From: a virus
Direction: 5' to 3' (one strand)
Length of the DNA: 31,756 nucleotides
Virus genome (UHGV): UHGV-0302986
In this document: positions 1-9,673 of the stretch, one piece after another
Layout of the letters: every line of letters starts with the position of its first letter
Position numbering within the stretch: the first letter of the stretch is position 1
Made by a program: the position numbers and the translations under genes
Notes under the pieces: generated by a model
Databases searched by the model: none
Told to the model about the DNA's origin: nothing
The model's input: only the letters and a program-made list of their open reading frames with translations

Positions 1-73
1 ACACCTTTTTAAAATACAGCCCCAATAAACTGCAGAATATTATCCCATATAATATCCTGCAGTTCGTAATGCA

Positions 74-424
74 CTATTCGATAATGGGTCCTGTTGGCCA
101 TTCAATATCCGGTGCAGTTGATGTATCAACACGGTTCAGCAATACCCGATACTTCTTCCAGGCTTCCACCACCAGCACGACAAGATGCCGCATACAGTGA
201 CCCAGTCAGTCCAGTTTCCAGACAACCAGTGCGTCACCTTTTTGAAGGCGCTTTAAAGCACGTTTTAATCCAGGTCGGCCTGTCCTTATTCCGCTTAATT
301 TATCTTCAAATATTTGTTCACATCCTGCACAAACAAGAGCGTTTCGTTGCAGGTCTGTATTCTGGTCATTTGTTGATACCCTTACATAGCCAATCAGCAC
401 GCTGAATCTCCCGTCCAAAAGCAC
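74..424 (-). pseudogene. pin: Gin/Pin-family serine DNA invertase, degraded remnant
   Basis: ORF 206..424 translates to ...VLIGYVRVSTNDQNTDLQRNALVCAGCEQIFEDKLSG...LVVWKLD, the conserved N-terminus of Gin/Pin/Hin/Cin invertases (probable GTG start at 400). In-frame TGA at 206..208 sits where the family has Arg (WKLD-R-LGRSM). The continuation [14 protein letters not shown] keeps similarity briefly, then diverges and ends at TAG 74..76. No C-terminal HTH domain is found in any frame of 1..205. Confidence 0.6.
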
Positions 425-454
425 AAATCATGCCATGCAGGCCAGAAACCGCCA

Positions 455-480
455 TTATCTAAAACCTCGGTTTACAGGAA
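455..480. repeat. gix/hix-like 26-bp invertase crossover site, left boundary of invertible segment
   Basis: TTATCTAAAACC-TC-GGTTTACAGGAA: two imperfect 12-bp half-sites around a 2-bp core, matching the remembered Gin/Hin site pattern. An inverted copy lies at 3508..3533, with 24 bp of identical flank (ACGGTAAA...) continuing inward. Confidence 0.7.
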
Positions 481-1425
481 ACGGTAAATCAGGCTTCTGG
501 CGCATTACAGAAAAACCAGAACGGCGCAGATATTCCGGGAAAAGATACCTTCACCAAAAACATTGGTGCCTGCCGCGCATATAGCGCATGGCTGAATATT
601 GGTGGCGATAGTCAGGTCTGGACAACTGCGCAATTTATTTCGTGGCTGGAGAGTCAGGGGGCATTTAACCATCCTTACTGGATGTGCAAAGGCTCATGGG
701 CTTATGCAAATAATAAGGTTATTACAGATACAGGTTGCGGAAATATTTGTCTTGCAGGTGCTGTGGTGGAAGTTATTGGCACTCGCGGCGCAATGACCAT
801 ACGCGTTACTACGCCGAGCACGTCCAGCGGTGGCGGAATTACTAACGCTCAATTCACTTATATTAATCATGGTGATGCTTACGCTCCTGGCTGGCGACGA
901 GACTACAACACGAAAAACCAGCAGCCTGCATTTGCTTTAGGGCAAACAGGACGCAGGGTCGCAAATGATAAAGCTGTTGGCTGGAACTGGAATAGCGGTG
1001 TTTATGATGCAGATATCAGTGGTGCATCGACATTAATCCTCCACTTCAATATGAATGCGGGGAGTTGCCCTGCTGTACAGTTCCGCGTGAATTACAGGAA
1101 CGGCGGTATTTTTTATCGTTCAGCGCGTGATGGTTATGGCTTTGAAGCTAACTGGTCAGAGTTTTACACCACAACACGCAAACCCTCTGCGGGGGATGTT
1201 GGTGCATATACGCAGGCAGAATGTAACTCAAGGTTTATTACAGGTATTCGCCTTGGCGGTCTGTCATCTGTTCAGACATGGAAAGGCCCCGGCTGGTCTG
1301 ACAGGTCAGGTTATGTCGTTACGGGTTCAGTTAACGGAAACCGTGATGAATTAATTGATACAACTCAGGCAAGGCCAATTCAGTATTGCATTAATGGGAC
1401 GTGGTATAACGCGGGGAGTATTTAA
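469..1425 (+). CDS. Silent alternative side-tail-fibre C-terminal cassette (promoterless; expressed only after inversion)
   Basis: The frame is open from the crossover site to the stop at 1423..1425 and contains track ORF 682..1425. Translation starts LGLQETVNQASGALQKN..., parallel to stf LGLQETVNRARNAVQKN..., and ends IQYCINGTWYNAGSI versus stf IQKYINGTWYNVVQV. An in-frame TAA at 460..462 lies in the outer half-site and would be left behind on inversion. Confidence 0.6.
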   Translation, partial: GLQETVNQASGALQKNQNGADIPGKDTFTKNIGACRAYSAWLNIGGDSQVWTTAQFISWLESQGAFNHPYWMCKGSWAYANNKVITDTGCGNICLAGAVVEVIGTRGAMTIRVTTPSTSSGGGITNAQFTYINHGDAYAPGWRRDYNTKNQQPAFALGQTGRRVANDKAVGWNWNSGVYDADISGASTLILHFNMNAGSCPAVQFRVNYRNGGIFYRSARDGYGFEANWSEFYTTTRKPSAGDVGAYTQAECNSRFITGIRLGGLSSVQTWKGPGWSDRSGYVVTGSVNGNRDELIDTTQARPIQYCINGTWYNAGSI

Positions 1426-1427
1426 CG

Positions 1428-1961
1428 ATGATGCACTTAAAAAACATTACTGCTGGCAACCCTAAAACAAAAGAGCAATACCAGCTAACAAAGCAATTTA
1501 ACATCAAATGGCTTTATTCAGATGATGGAAAAAACTGGTATGAGGAACAAAAGAATTTCCAGCCAGACACTTTGAAAATGGTCTATGACCATAACGGCGT
1601 TATTATTTGTATTGAAAAGGATGTTTCAGCAATTAATCCAGAGGGTGCAAGCGTCGTTGAATTACCTGATATTACAGCAAATCGCCGGGCTGATATTTCG
1701 GGGAAATGGATGTTCAAAGATGGCGTAGTGATAAAGCGAACTTATACCGAGGAAGAGCAGAGGCAACAAGCGGAAAATGAAAAGCAAAGCCTGTTGCAAC
1801 TTGTCAGGGATAAAACCCAGCTATGGGACTCACAGCTACGGCTGGGCATCATTTCCGACGAGAATAAACAAAAATTAACCGAGTGGATGCTCTATGCGCA
1901 GAAAGTCGAATCTACAGACACTTCCGGCCTGCCAGTAACGTTTCCCGAACAACCAGAATGA
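1428..1961 (+). CDS. tfa: Tail fibre assembly protein (cassette B)
   Basis: 177 aa; [25 protein letters not shown]...ANRRADISGKWMFKDG...LPVTFPEQPE is a paralogue of the minus-strand Tfa at 1990..2517. It lies immediately after the alternative fibre tip, as in Mu G / e14 P segments. Confidence 0.85.
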   Translation: MMHLKNITAGNPKTKEQYQLTKQFNIKWLYSDDGKNWYEEQKNFQPDTLKMVYDHNGVIICIEKDVSAINPEGASVVELPDITANRRADISGKWMFKDGVVIKRTYTEEEQRQQAENEKQSLLQLVRDKTQLWDSQLRLGIISDENKQKLTEWMLYAQKVESTDTSGLPVTFPEQPE

Positions 1962-1964
1962 GAG

Positions 1965-1991
1965 AAGGCCCGCTATCGGGCCTTAATTTTT
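1965..1991. terminator. Hairpin between convergent tfa genes, probable bidirectional terminator
   Basis: AAGGCCCG-CTAT-CGGGCCTT stem-loop followed by AATTTTT on the plus strand. Confidence 0.45.
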
Positions 1992-2517
1992 ACTCTGGTT
2001 TTTGTGGCCATTCAGGATTTGCCGTATCCACACGGCTGGCCAGAACACTGTAGCGTTCCCATGCTTCCAGTCGTGTGCGTTCCTCGTCTGTTGCCATATT
2101 CAGCCTGACAGCGCGTTCCAGCGGTTGGATGACTGATTCAGCTTCGGAAAGCAATGCGGCCTTTTGTGATTCGGCCTGTTGTTGTTGCTCGTCTGCCGTA
2201 TAAATCCGTTTAACCACAGCTCCGTCCCTAAACATCCACTTACCGGAATCATCAGCGCAGCGGTTGGCTGTAATATCTGGAACCTCAACGACGCTATAAC
2301 CTTCAGGGTTAAGCGTGGAGGCATCTTTGGTGATGGCGACAATAATATTATTTGCATCGTAAACAATCTTTATTGTGTCTGGCTGAAAGTTTTTCACTTC
2401 CTCATACCAGTTTTTTCCGTCTTCGGACCATAACCAGATAACATCAAAATTCTTTGTTAGCTGATATTGTTCTTTTGTTTTTGGATTTCCAGACTTAATA
2501 TTTTTTAAATGCTGCAT
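1990..2517 (-). CDS. tfa: Tail fibre assembly protein (cassette A, currently coupled to stf)
   Basis: 175 aa; [30 protein letters not shown]...[16 protein letters not shown]...EWPQKPE, Tfa family, directly downstream of stf. Confidence 0.85.
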   Translation of the reverse strand: MQHLKNIKSGNPKTKEQYQLTKNFDVIWLWSEDGKNWYEEVKNFQPDTIKIVYDANNIIVAITKDASTLNPEGYSVVEVPDITANRCADDSGKWMFRDGAVVKRIYTADEQQQQAESQKAALLSEAESVIQPLERAVRLNMATDEERTRLEAWERYSVLASRVDTANPEWPQKPE

Positions 2518-2520
2518 AAA

Positions 2521-5400
2521 TTACACCTGTACGACGTTATACCATGTGCCATTGATGTATTTTTGTATTGGTCTGAATACTGCCGGATCATCGCCATCAA
2601 CTGCACCGATAATGCCAAGCCCCGTAATTGCATGACCTGATTTCTCATACATCACGCCTTTTTGCATAGTCTGAACAACACGTGTACCAAGTCGGACATC
2701 TCTCACATAACGTGAGTCAAAATTACCATAATTGCCGGGAATAACTTGCGCACCGCAAAGCCAGTTGCCATTGTTGTCCATGTACGCCTGACCATCGGTG
2801 CCATTGGCTGTCCTTGAGTTATTAATCATGTAGATGCCAAATTGCTTATTCCCCAGTCCACCAATCATAAATTTGCGATCAGCGTGGTCCTGACGAAGTA
2901 ATGCCTGCGCACCATCGGTGGATACCGCATTGCGTCCCAAAATAACATTCTGGTCACGCATATGAATCCACATGCCGGTACTACTGTTAATTGCAAAACG
3001 GTTTGCAAATATATCCCCTGTAACATCAAGACCATGCCCCATGCTTATCCGACCAGTTCTGAGATTAAGCGTAAAGGGGCGTAGTGGCCCTATACCACCA
3101 TTTTCTCCCTCATTCTCTCGTGTAGGGATGATATGCAGGCATTCTTCAGAACGACGAAAAATAGCACCAAAAGATGAATTAAATATCCTCAGTGCATTGA
3201 CTGTCGATATTTTTACTTCACTGCTGAAAAGGGCTTTAACAAGGACAGACAAAGCATCCCATTTAAGAGTCATCAGGTCTTTTGTTGTGGTGCTCTGGCG
3301 GCTTCTCCATTTGAAATATTCATTGCCGTTGTCGCCTGTTTCAAACCACATGTATGAATCAGTGTCGCTGTCGGCATTATTTTTAAAACCAATCTTTGCC
3401 CAGTCAGTATTTCTAATCCAGGCAAGGATTGAGTCGTTTTCAAAAGTAAGCCCACCGGACAAGGTATCGCCATTCTTTTGCACGGCGTTCCTGGCCCTGT
3501 TTACCGTTTCCTGTAAACCGAGGTATTCGATAACGGCAGCAACGGTCGATTTCGCAAGAATATCCCGCCCGACTTTTGTCAGGGTTGCCAGGCTGGCGAC
3601 ATCATTCCCCGTAAAATACGGAAACCTGTCTGCCGCAGTAGCAAGCCCGGCCAGCGCCGTCAGGGTGGCATCTTTCGGTTGCTTACCCGCAAGCGCGTTA
3701 GTCATGGTGGTCGCAAAATTCGGGTCGTTGCCCAGCGCCGCCGCTAACTCGTTCAGCGTATTCAGTGCGTCAGGCGACGAGTCTACAAGGGCGGCAATCG
3801 CGGCCATCACATAAGCCGTACTTGCGATCTGAGTATTATTAGTACCTTTTGGCGCAGTTGGCGTTGTTGGCGTTCCGGTCAGTGCAGGACTATTTAAGGG
3901 CGCTTTCTTGTTCGTTTCATCCATTACCGCCTTAACCGCTTTTGGTGTCGCAGCCAGCGTTTCAGACGGGCTGTTAGTGGCGCTACTGAGCTGAACCACA
4001 CCTTTTTTCGTCGTACTCGCATCTTCCAGAGATACGGCATCAGCAATATCCTCTGCCCGTTTTGCCGCTGTTTCGGCACGCGTTGCCGCGGATTCAGCAG
4101 CAACTTTGCTCTGAGATGCAGCCGTCGCACTGCCTGCCGCCTCTGATGCTTTCGTTGTTGCTGTCGTGGCACTACCTTTCGCTGCTGACGCTTGTCTGGT
4201 CGCCTCATCTTTTGAAGCAGACGCAGATGATGTCGATGACGCCGCTGAACCAGCGGACGATGCGGCTGCCGCCTTAGAGGAAGCAGCATTGTCTGCTGAA
4301 GTCTTTGCATTTGTTTCAGAGGTTTTTGCTGCAGAAGCAGACCTCGCTGCTGCAGTGGCTTGCTCAGTGGCTTCGCCAGCCTTCGTTGTGGCTGTTGAAG
4401 CGGATGATGCGGCGCTTTCTGCCGATTTTCCGGCAGCGGTGGCACTGGCTGAGGCCTGCCCGGCACTTGTTGACGCAGCACTGGCAGACGACGCAGCCGC
4501 TGTTTTTGAACCTGCCGCAGCTGAGGCGCTCTGTCCCGCTGCTGTTTCAGAAGACTTAGCGTTCGTCTCGGACGTTTTTGCCGCCTTCGCGGAATTTCCT
4601 GCCGCTGTTGCCGAGGAAGCTGCGCTACTGGCGCTCGAGGATGCGTTCGTTTCTGATGATTTTGCCGCCTCTTTTGAAGCCGCCGCATCCCGGGCTGAGG
4701 TGGCAGCTTCTGACGCTTTCGTAGTCGCGGTGGATGCAGAAGTGGCTGCTGATTGTTGTGACGCTGCAGCATTCGTTTCTGACGTTTTCGCGGCACTGGC
4801 ACTGGTAGCTGCCGCGCTTTTTGAGGACTCTGCAGCGGCAGCACTTTTTGATGCTTCAGTGGCCTTTGTTGATGCCGTTCCTGCGCTGGAAGTCGCTGAC
4901 TGAGCCGACGACGCGGCCTGTCCGGCTGACGTGCTGGCTGCGCGTGCTGAGCCTGCAGCATCAGTCGCATGGGTTGCCGCCTCACGGGCTGATGTGCTGG
5001 CATCACTGGCTGACTTCTTTGCGGCTGCCGTGTTCTGTGCCACCACGGACGCGTTACGCGCCACCTCTTCCACCATCAGCTCAAAACGGCGCAGTGCCTC
5101 CGGACGGGCATCATCCTCCGTCATGGCACCGAGAAAATCATTCAGCGTACCGGGTCAGGAATCTTCATACACTGTGATGGTCCCGGCATGTGACGGCGGG
5201 AATCCTTCCACCAACAGAATAACGCTGTACTGACCGTACTCAACGTCCATACTGTAACGCCCGGCTTCATCCGGATTTTCTGAGGCCAGCGTGTTCACCA
5301 CCACCGTGGTACTGTTACGTTTTGCTTTCAGCTGGATTGTGCAGTTCTGTACCGGTTTTCCTGTGCCGTCTTTCAGTACACCTGAAATCTTTACTGCCAT
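2521..5400 (-). CDS. stf: Side tail fibre protein Stf, interrupted by an in-frame TGA at 5155..5157
   Basis: N-terminal ORF (ATG at 5400) MAVKISGVLKDGTGKPVQNCTIQLKA...TITVYEDS matches the lambda Stf N-terminus. TGA at 5155..5157 is followed in the same frame by PGTLNDFLGAMTEDDARPEALRR... (track ORF 2521..5124, 867 aa), a long Ala/Ser/Thr-rich shaft and a C-terminal tip ending INGTWYNVVQV. Confidence 0.85.
3508..3533. repeat. gix-like crossover site inside stf, right boundary of invertible segment
   Basis: Minus-strand reading TTATCGAATACC-TC-GGTTTACAGGAA is an inverted copy of 455..480 and encodes stf residues IEYLGLQE. Confidence 0.7.
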
Positions 5401-5410
5401 ATTCACCCCA

Positions 5411-5438
5411 CAAAAAAGCCCGCCTGAACCGGCGGGCT
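5411..5438 (-). terminator. Rho-independent terminator downstream of lom, just upstream of stf
   Basis: Minus-strand hairpin AGCCCGCC-GGTTCA-GGCGGGCT followed by TTTTTTG. Confidence 0.6.
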
Positions 5439-5464
5439 GTCATAACACTGTGTTACCTGGCTAA

Positions 5465-6064
5465 TCAGAATTTATAACCAACACCCACGATGAACCCGTC
5501 AGTGCGCCAGTCACCACTGCCGGAGCCTTCATAAGCGACATCAATGGCCACGGATTCGGTCGGGTTAAACTGCACGCCAGCCCCCCACGCCAGAGACGTG
5601 TTGCTGTGGCGACCGTCATCACTTCCGGTCAGCACATCGTGCGTTTTCCCCTTGTTGTCAGTTACGCGGAGATAATCCCCGGAGAAAGTCGACACACGGC
5701 TGTAAGCCACGCCTGCCATCGCATACGCGCTGAACCATTCATTCACGCGTACAGACGGCCCCGCCATCACGCTGAACCAGCGGTTACGCACGGAATCTTC
5801 ATGCCAGCGGGTATCGCTGTAATGGGTCAGCTGGCGATTCTTGTCTCCTGCATAGCTGAACGACGTCACCATCCCCAGTGTGTCCGTAAACTCATAACGG
5901 TATTTCACGTTAATCCCGTTCAGATCATCACTGCCGGGAACGTTCGTCCGGGCATGAAGATACCCCGCGCTCAGCGTGGACTGATGTTCAGACGCCCATG
6001 CAGGCGCACCGGATACGGCCAGACAAATGGCTGCGGACAAAATGGCGGCATAAAGTTTACGCAT
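5465..6064 (-). CDS. lom: Outer membrane protein Lom (Ail/Lom family)
   Basis: 199 aa; MRKLYAAILSAAICLAVSGAPAWA signal peptide, then a beta-barrel sequence ending GFIVGVGYKF. Position between J and stf is as in lambda. Confidence 0.9.
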   Translation of the reverse strand: MRKLYAAILSAAICLAVSGAPAWASEHQSTLSAGYLHARTNVPGSDDLNGINVKYRYEFTDTLGMVTSFSYAGDKNRQLTHYSDTRWHEDSVRNRWFSVMAGPSVRVNEWFSAYAMAGVAYSRVSTFSGDYLRVTDNKGKTHDVLTGSDDGRHSNTSLAWGAGVQFNPTESVAIDVAYEGSGSGDWRTDGFIVGVGYKF

Positions 6065-6086
6065 AATTACCTCTCGCTTTTCTGCA

Positions 6087-6113
6087 ATAAAAAAGGCGTC
6101 ATTTCTGACGCCC
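6087..6113 (-). terminator. Rho-independent terminator downstream of J
   Basis: Minus-strand hairpin GGCGTCAGAAATGACGCC followed by a T-run (TTTTTATT). Confidence 0.6.
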
Positions 6114-6130
6114 GTTATGGGTTATAAAAT

Positions 6131-9100
6131 TCAGCTGATACTGATACCTGCTGTGGATTTCTTCATCACCACAACCAGCAGATCGCTGATACTGGTTGTT
6201 GGTGTCCAGTTATTCGCTCCTGATGAAGATACGGTGAATGTCAGTGTCAGCGTCCCCTGTCCGGCAGGCATATCTATAACTGAGGAAAATACGCCCTGAG
6301 CATCCGTCGTGGACTGATTAAAAATCTCCTGACCATTGCGGGTCACTCTTAACCGGCAGGTTGAATACCAGTATGACTGTTGGTTATTACTGTTGAAATT
6401 CTCATGCTTACCACCGCGGAATAACACTGGCGGTATCATGACCTGCCGGTCAAATTTCTGATCATCACTGATTCTTACCGTGATGGTGCCACTGGCATAA
6501 CTGTTCGTGCGGGGGAAAGACTTGCTGACCGTTTTGACAATATCGCCTTCAATCTGATTGGCTGACAGTTTCCCCTTAATCTGACAGTTTTCATTAATCG
6601 TGACATTGTTGAGCGTCCCTGAATTTGCATTCACATTACCGCTGATATCCGCATTTTTAGCGGTCAGCTTTCCGTCTGGTGTCAGGGAAAATGCCGGCGG
6701 ATTTCCACCGCTGGTAATGGTGGGAGCCGTCAGGCGTTTCAGGAACACGTCGTTCATGAATATCTGATCGCCCTGACCAACAAACATCGGTTTTGTGTTG
6801 CCATTCGCAGGATTAACCATCGCAATCCTGTCCGCCGCCAGCAGCACCTGACTCTGCATGCCGTCAGGGGTATTCTCAATACCGGCACCAATACCCGCGA
6901 TATAAAGGCGTCCGTCCTGCATCTGCTGCAGCTTCACAGCCCACATGCTGTTCAGGTTATTATTTGTATCAACCTGAACCTTCTGTATCTGCTGAATTGC
7001 AGCACTCTGGTCTTCCAGTTTCTTATTGACGGTCTGCGTGATTTCATTGCTGACATCCGTAATGGACGTCCTGATTTCAGCCAGGTCAGGCGCAAGCTGA
7101 CCGTTATCAATCTGCGTCCACAGCTCCTGAGCCAGATGGGTTTTCCCTATCTCGCCTTTGAAAAAATCCAGATAACCGGATGCATCATCACTCGGCTGAC
7201 CAACAGCCTCCACGAATGCCGATTTGCCAACGGTGTTCACACTGCGGATATAAAAGTAATAATCATGGCCCGGTTTGATATTGATACTGGCGGCTATCCA
7301 GTACAGCGCCGTGCCAAGATAGCGTGCTGTGGTTTCAACCTGCCTGATATCCGCAATCCGCTTTTCCGAGAACCAGAACTCAAACTGTACCGTCGGATCA
7401 TAAACCGCAAGATGCGGCGTGGCGGTTATCTGAAAATAGCCCGGCGTCAGCTCAATCCGCGACGGCGCTGCCGGTGCGGCAATCCGGAACGATACCGACG
7501 CCGGATCGCCCTGCTGCCCCCACGCATTTACTGCCCGGACTGTCAGCCTGTAGTTCCCCAGCGCCAGTTGTGTGAAGCGGTAAGTGGTTTCCGTCGTCCG
7601 GGCCGTGCTGACCAGCCGCTCACTGCCGTCATCCGCTGTTACGGTCAGACGGAGCAGGAAGCTCACGCCCTTCACCACCTTCGGTGTGTCCCATCGCGCC
7701 AGCACCTGATATTCCCCGCTGTCTGCAGTGACTTCGGCGGTCAGGTGCTGCACTGCTGGCGGCGTGACACCATTCACCGTGCCGCTCTGGTCACCGTCAA
7801 AGTGCGCCCCGTTATCCACGATGGCTTCTTTTTCCGGTACATGCTGCACGGCGGTGATGGCATACGTGCCGTCGTCGTTCTCACGGATACTCACGCAGCG
7901 GAACAGGCGCTGGCGCAGCGTCGGCAGCTTCAGCCCCCACACGCTGTATTCAGCAACGCCGTCAGGAACACGGCTCACTTTCACCTTCACGCCGTCGGTG
8001 ACGGACTGAACCTCCACGCTGACCGGATTGCCACTTCCGTCAACCAGGCTTATCAGCGTGGTGCCGGAAGATGGCAGCGTGATTTCACGGTCGAGCGTCA
8101 GCGTCCGGGTCTGGCTGTTTACCGCCAGCACGCGCCCGCCGGTGCGGATACCGGCATAGTCATCATCGCAGATTTCAATGACATCGCCCGGTACATGGCG
8201 AAGCCCTTCGGCACCCACGCTGAAGTCCACGGTCTGCGTTTCCAGCAGTTCTGTTTTAATCAGCCACAGCCCGGCGCGGTGTGCCTGCCCCCGGCTGGTA
8301 CAGCCAAAAGCATCCATCTTCGTGACGTTACGACCGTAACGGGCAATGGCCTGCGTGTCCTCCACAAGCTCTGTCGCCGTCTCCCAGCCGTTATTCGGGT
8401 CAATCCAGTTCACCTCAACGGCATTATGGCGGTCCTTCAGGGCGCTGAAGCTGTAGCGGAACGGCGCACCATCATCCGGCATCACCACATTACTGCGGTT
8501 ATAGGTCCACACCTTATCCGACGGTCGGTCCTGCACGAACGTCAGCGTCTGCCCGTTCCATACCGGCATACAGCGCATCGCAGAGCAGAAATCACTGAGC
8601 ACATCCCACGCCTTGCGCTGTGTGGTCAGGTACGCATTACAGGTGATGCGCGGCTCCGTGCCGCCAAAACCGTCCGGCACCGACTGATCGCAATGCTGGC
8701 CGATGACATACAGCGCCCATTTGTCCACATCCGCCGCACCAAGACGTTTCCCCATGCCGTAGCGCGGATGGGTCAGCATATCCCACAGACACCAGGCCAT
8801 GTTGTTGCTGTATGCTGGCTTAAACGTTCCGTCCCAGATACCGCTGTATTGCCGCGTCTGCGGGTTATAGTTCGACGGCACCTGCAGAATGCGCCCGCGA
8901 AGATGATAATTACGGCTCACCTGCTGGCTGCCGAACTGCTCCGAATCCACCTGCACGCCGACCAGTGCCGTGTTCGGGTAGCACTGTTTCACATCGATGA
9001 TTTCGGTGTATGACGACCAGAGCGTTTTGTTCTGCAGCTGGTCTGTGGTGCTGTCCGGCGTCATTCTGCGCATCCGGATATTAAACGGGCGCGGCGGCAG

Positions 9101-9613
9101 GTTATCCACCACCACCGAGGCCAGATACTGCGAGGTGGTTTTGCCCTTAATGGTGATGTCTTTTTCCGTCACCCAGCCACCGTTACGTTGTATCTGAACC
9201 AGCAGGCGAACTTCCGACGGATTCCGGTCCCCCTTTGAGGTGGTTTCCACCAGTGCCTGCACACCGAAGGTAAAGCGCAGACGGTCGATGTTTGCCGACG
9301 TGATGGTCCGGGTAATCGGCGTGTCGTACTTCACTTCCGTACCCAGCACCGTCTCGGAGCCGGAGGATTCAAATCCCTCCGGCGGTGTCTGCTCCTGCTC
9401 ACCGGCCCGGAACACCACCGTGACGCCGGATATATTGGTATTCCCCTCACTGTCCAGCACCGGCGTACTGTTCAGCAGCACGCTTTTTAATCCATCCACC
9501 GGACCTTCAACCGGCCCTTCGCTGATGGCATCGATCACACTCAGCAGCTGCGTGGACTTCAGGTTGTCCTTCGCTTCGCGCGGGGTATGCCCCTTACTGC
9601 TGCCTTTACCCAT
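6131..9613 (-). CDS. J: Tail tip / central tail fibre protein J
   Basis: 1160 aa; the N-terminus [39 protein letters not shown] matches lambda J; position after I. Confidence 0.95.
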   Translation of the reverse strand: MGKGSSKGHTPREAKDNLKSTQLLSVIDAISEGPVEGPVDGLKSVLLNSTPVLDSEGNTNISGVTVVFRAGEQEQTPPEGFESSGSETVLGTEVKYDTPITRTITSANIDRLRFTFGVQALVETTSKGDRNPSEVRLLVQIQRNGGWVTEKDITIKGKTTSQYLASVVVDNLPPRPFNIRMRRMTPDSTTDQLQNKTLWSSYTEIIDVKQCYPNTALVGVQVDSEQFGSQQVSRNYHLRGRILQVPSNYNPQTRQYSGIWDGTFKPAYSNNMAWCLWDMLTHPRYGMGKRLGAADVDKWALYVIGQHCDQSVPDGFGGTEPRITCNAYLTTQRKAWDVLSDFCSAMRCMPVWNGQTLTFVQDRPSDKVWTYNRSNVVMPDDGAPFRYSFSALKDRHNAVEVNWIDPNNGWETATELVEDTQAIARYGRNVTKMDAFGCTSRGQAHRAGLWLIKTELLETQTVDFSVGAEGLRHVPGDVIEICDDDYAGIRTGGRVLAVNSQTRTLTLDREITLPSSGTTLISLVDGSGNPVSVEVQSVTDGVKVKVSRVPDGVAEYSVWGLKLPTLRQRLFRCVSIRENDDGTYAITAVQHVPEKEAIVDNGAHFDGDQSGTVNGVTPPAVQHLTAEVTADSGEYQVLARWDTPKVVKGVSFLLRLTVTADDGSERLVSTARTTETTYRFTQLALGNYRLTVRAVNAWGQQGDPASVSFRIAAPAAPSRIELTPGYFQITATPHLAVYDPTVQFEFWFSEKRIADIRQVETTARYLGTALYWIAASINIKPGHDYYFYIRSVNTVGKSAFVEAVGQPSDDASGYLDFFKGEIGKTHLAQELWTQIDNGQLAPDLAEIRTSITDVSNEITQTVNKKLEDQSAAIQQIQKVQVDTNNNLNSMWAVKLQQMQDGRLYIAGIGAGIENTPDGMQSQVLLAADRIAMVNPANGNTKPMFVGQGDQIFMNDVFLKRLTAPTITSGGNPPAFSLTPDGKLTAKNADISGNVNANSGTLNNVTINENCQIKGKLSANQIEGDIVKTVSKSFPRTNSYASGTITVRISDDQKFDRQVMIPPVLFRGGKHENFNSNNQQSYWYSTCRLRVTRNGQEIFNQSTTDAQGVFSSVIDMPAGQGTLTLTFTVSSSGANNWTPTTSISDLLVVVMKKSTAGISIS

Positions 9614-9673
9614 TCGTCATGCTCCATAAACGATAAAACCGCCCGGAGGCGGTTTCACATAAAACATTTTGCA

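Noticed and set aside
1-100. Prophage attachment site or integrase at the left edge
   Set aside because: No lambda-type att core (GCTTTTTTATACTAA) or integrase ORF is visible; the prophage boundary cannot be placed within this window.
94-405. 103-aa plus-strand ORF overlapping pin
   Set aside because: It is antisense to the clearly homologous invertase N-terminus; no family resemblance.
2972-3814. 280-aa plus-strand ORF antisense to stf
   Set aside because: It is embedded in stf on the opposite strand; the composition is not protein-like and there is no homology.
3924-5006. Track ORFs 3924..5006 (-) and 4166..4903 (+), 360 and 245 aa, inside stf
   Set aside because: They are alternative-frame and antisense readings of the GC-rich Ala/Ser/Thr repeat shaft; their translations are low-complexity (Arg/Gln/Pro-rich or Ala/Asp/Val-rich) and have no independent start context. 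The Stf frame carries the phage homology.
7136-9013. 625-aa plus-strand ORF antisense to J
   Set aside because: It lies wholly inside J on the opposite strand, is Arg/His/Pro-rich with no recognisable domain, and is a typical stop-poor antisense frame of a high-GC gene.
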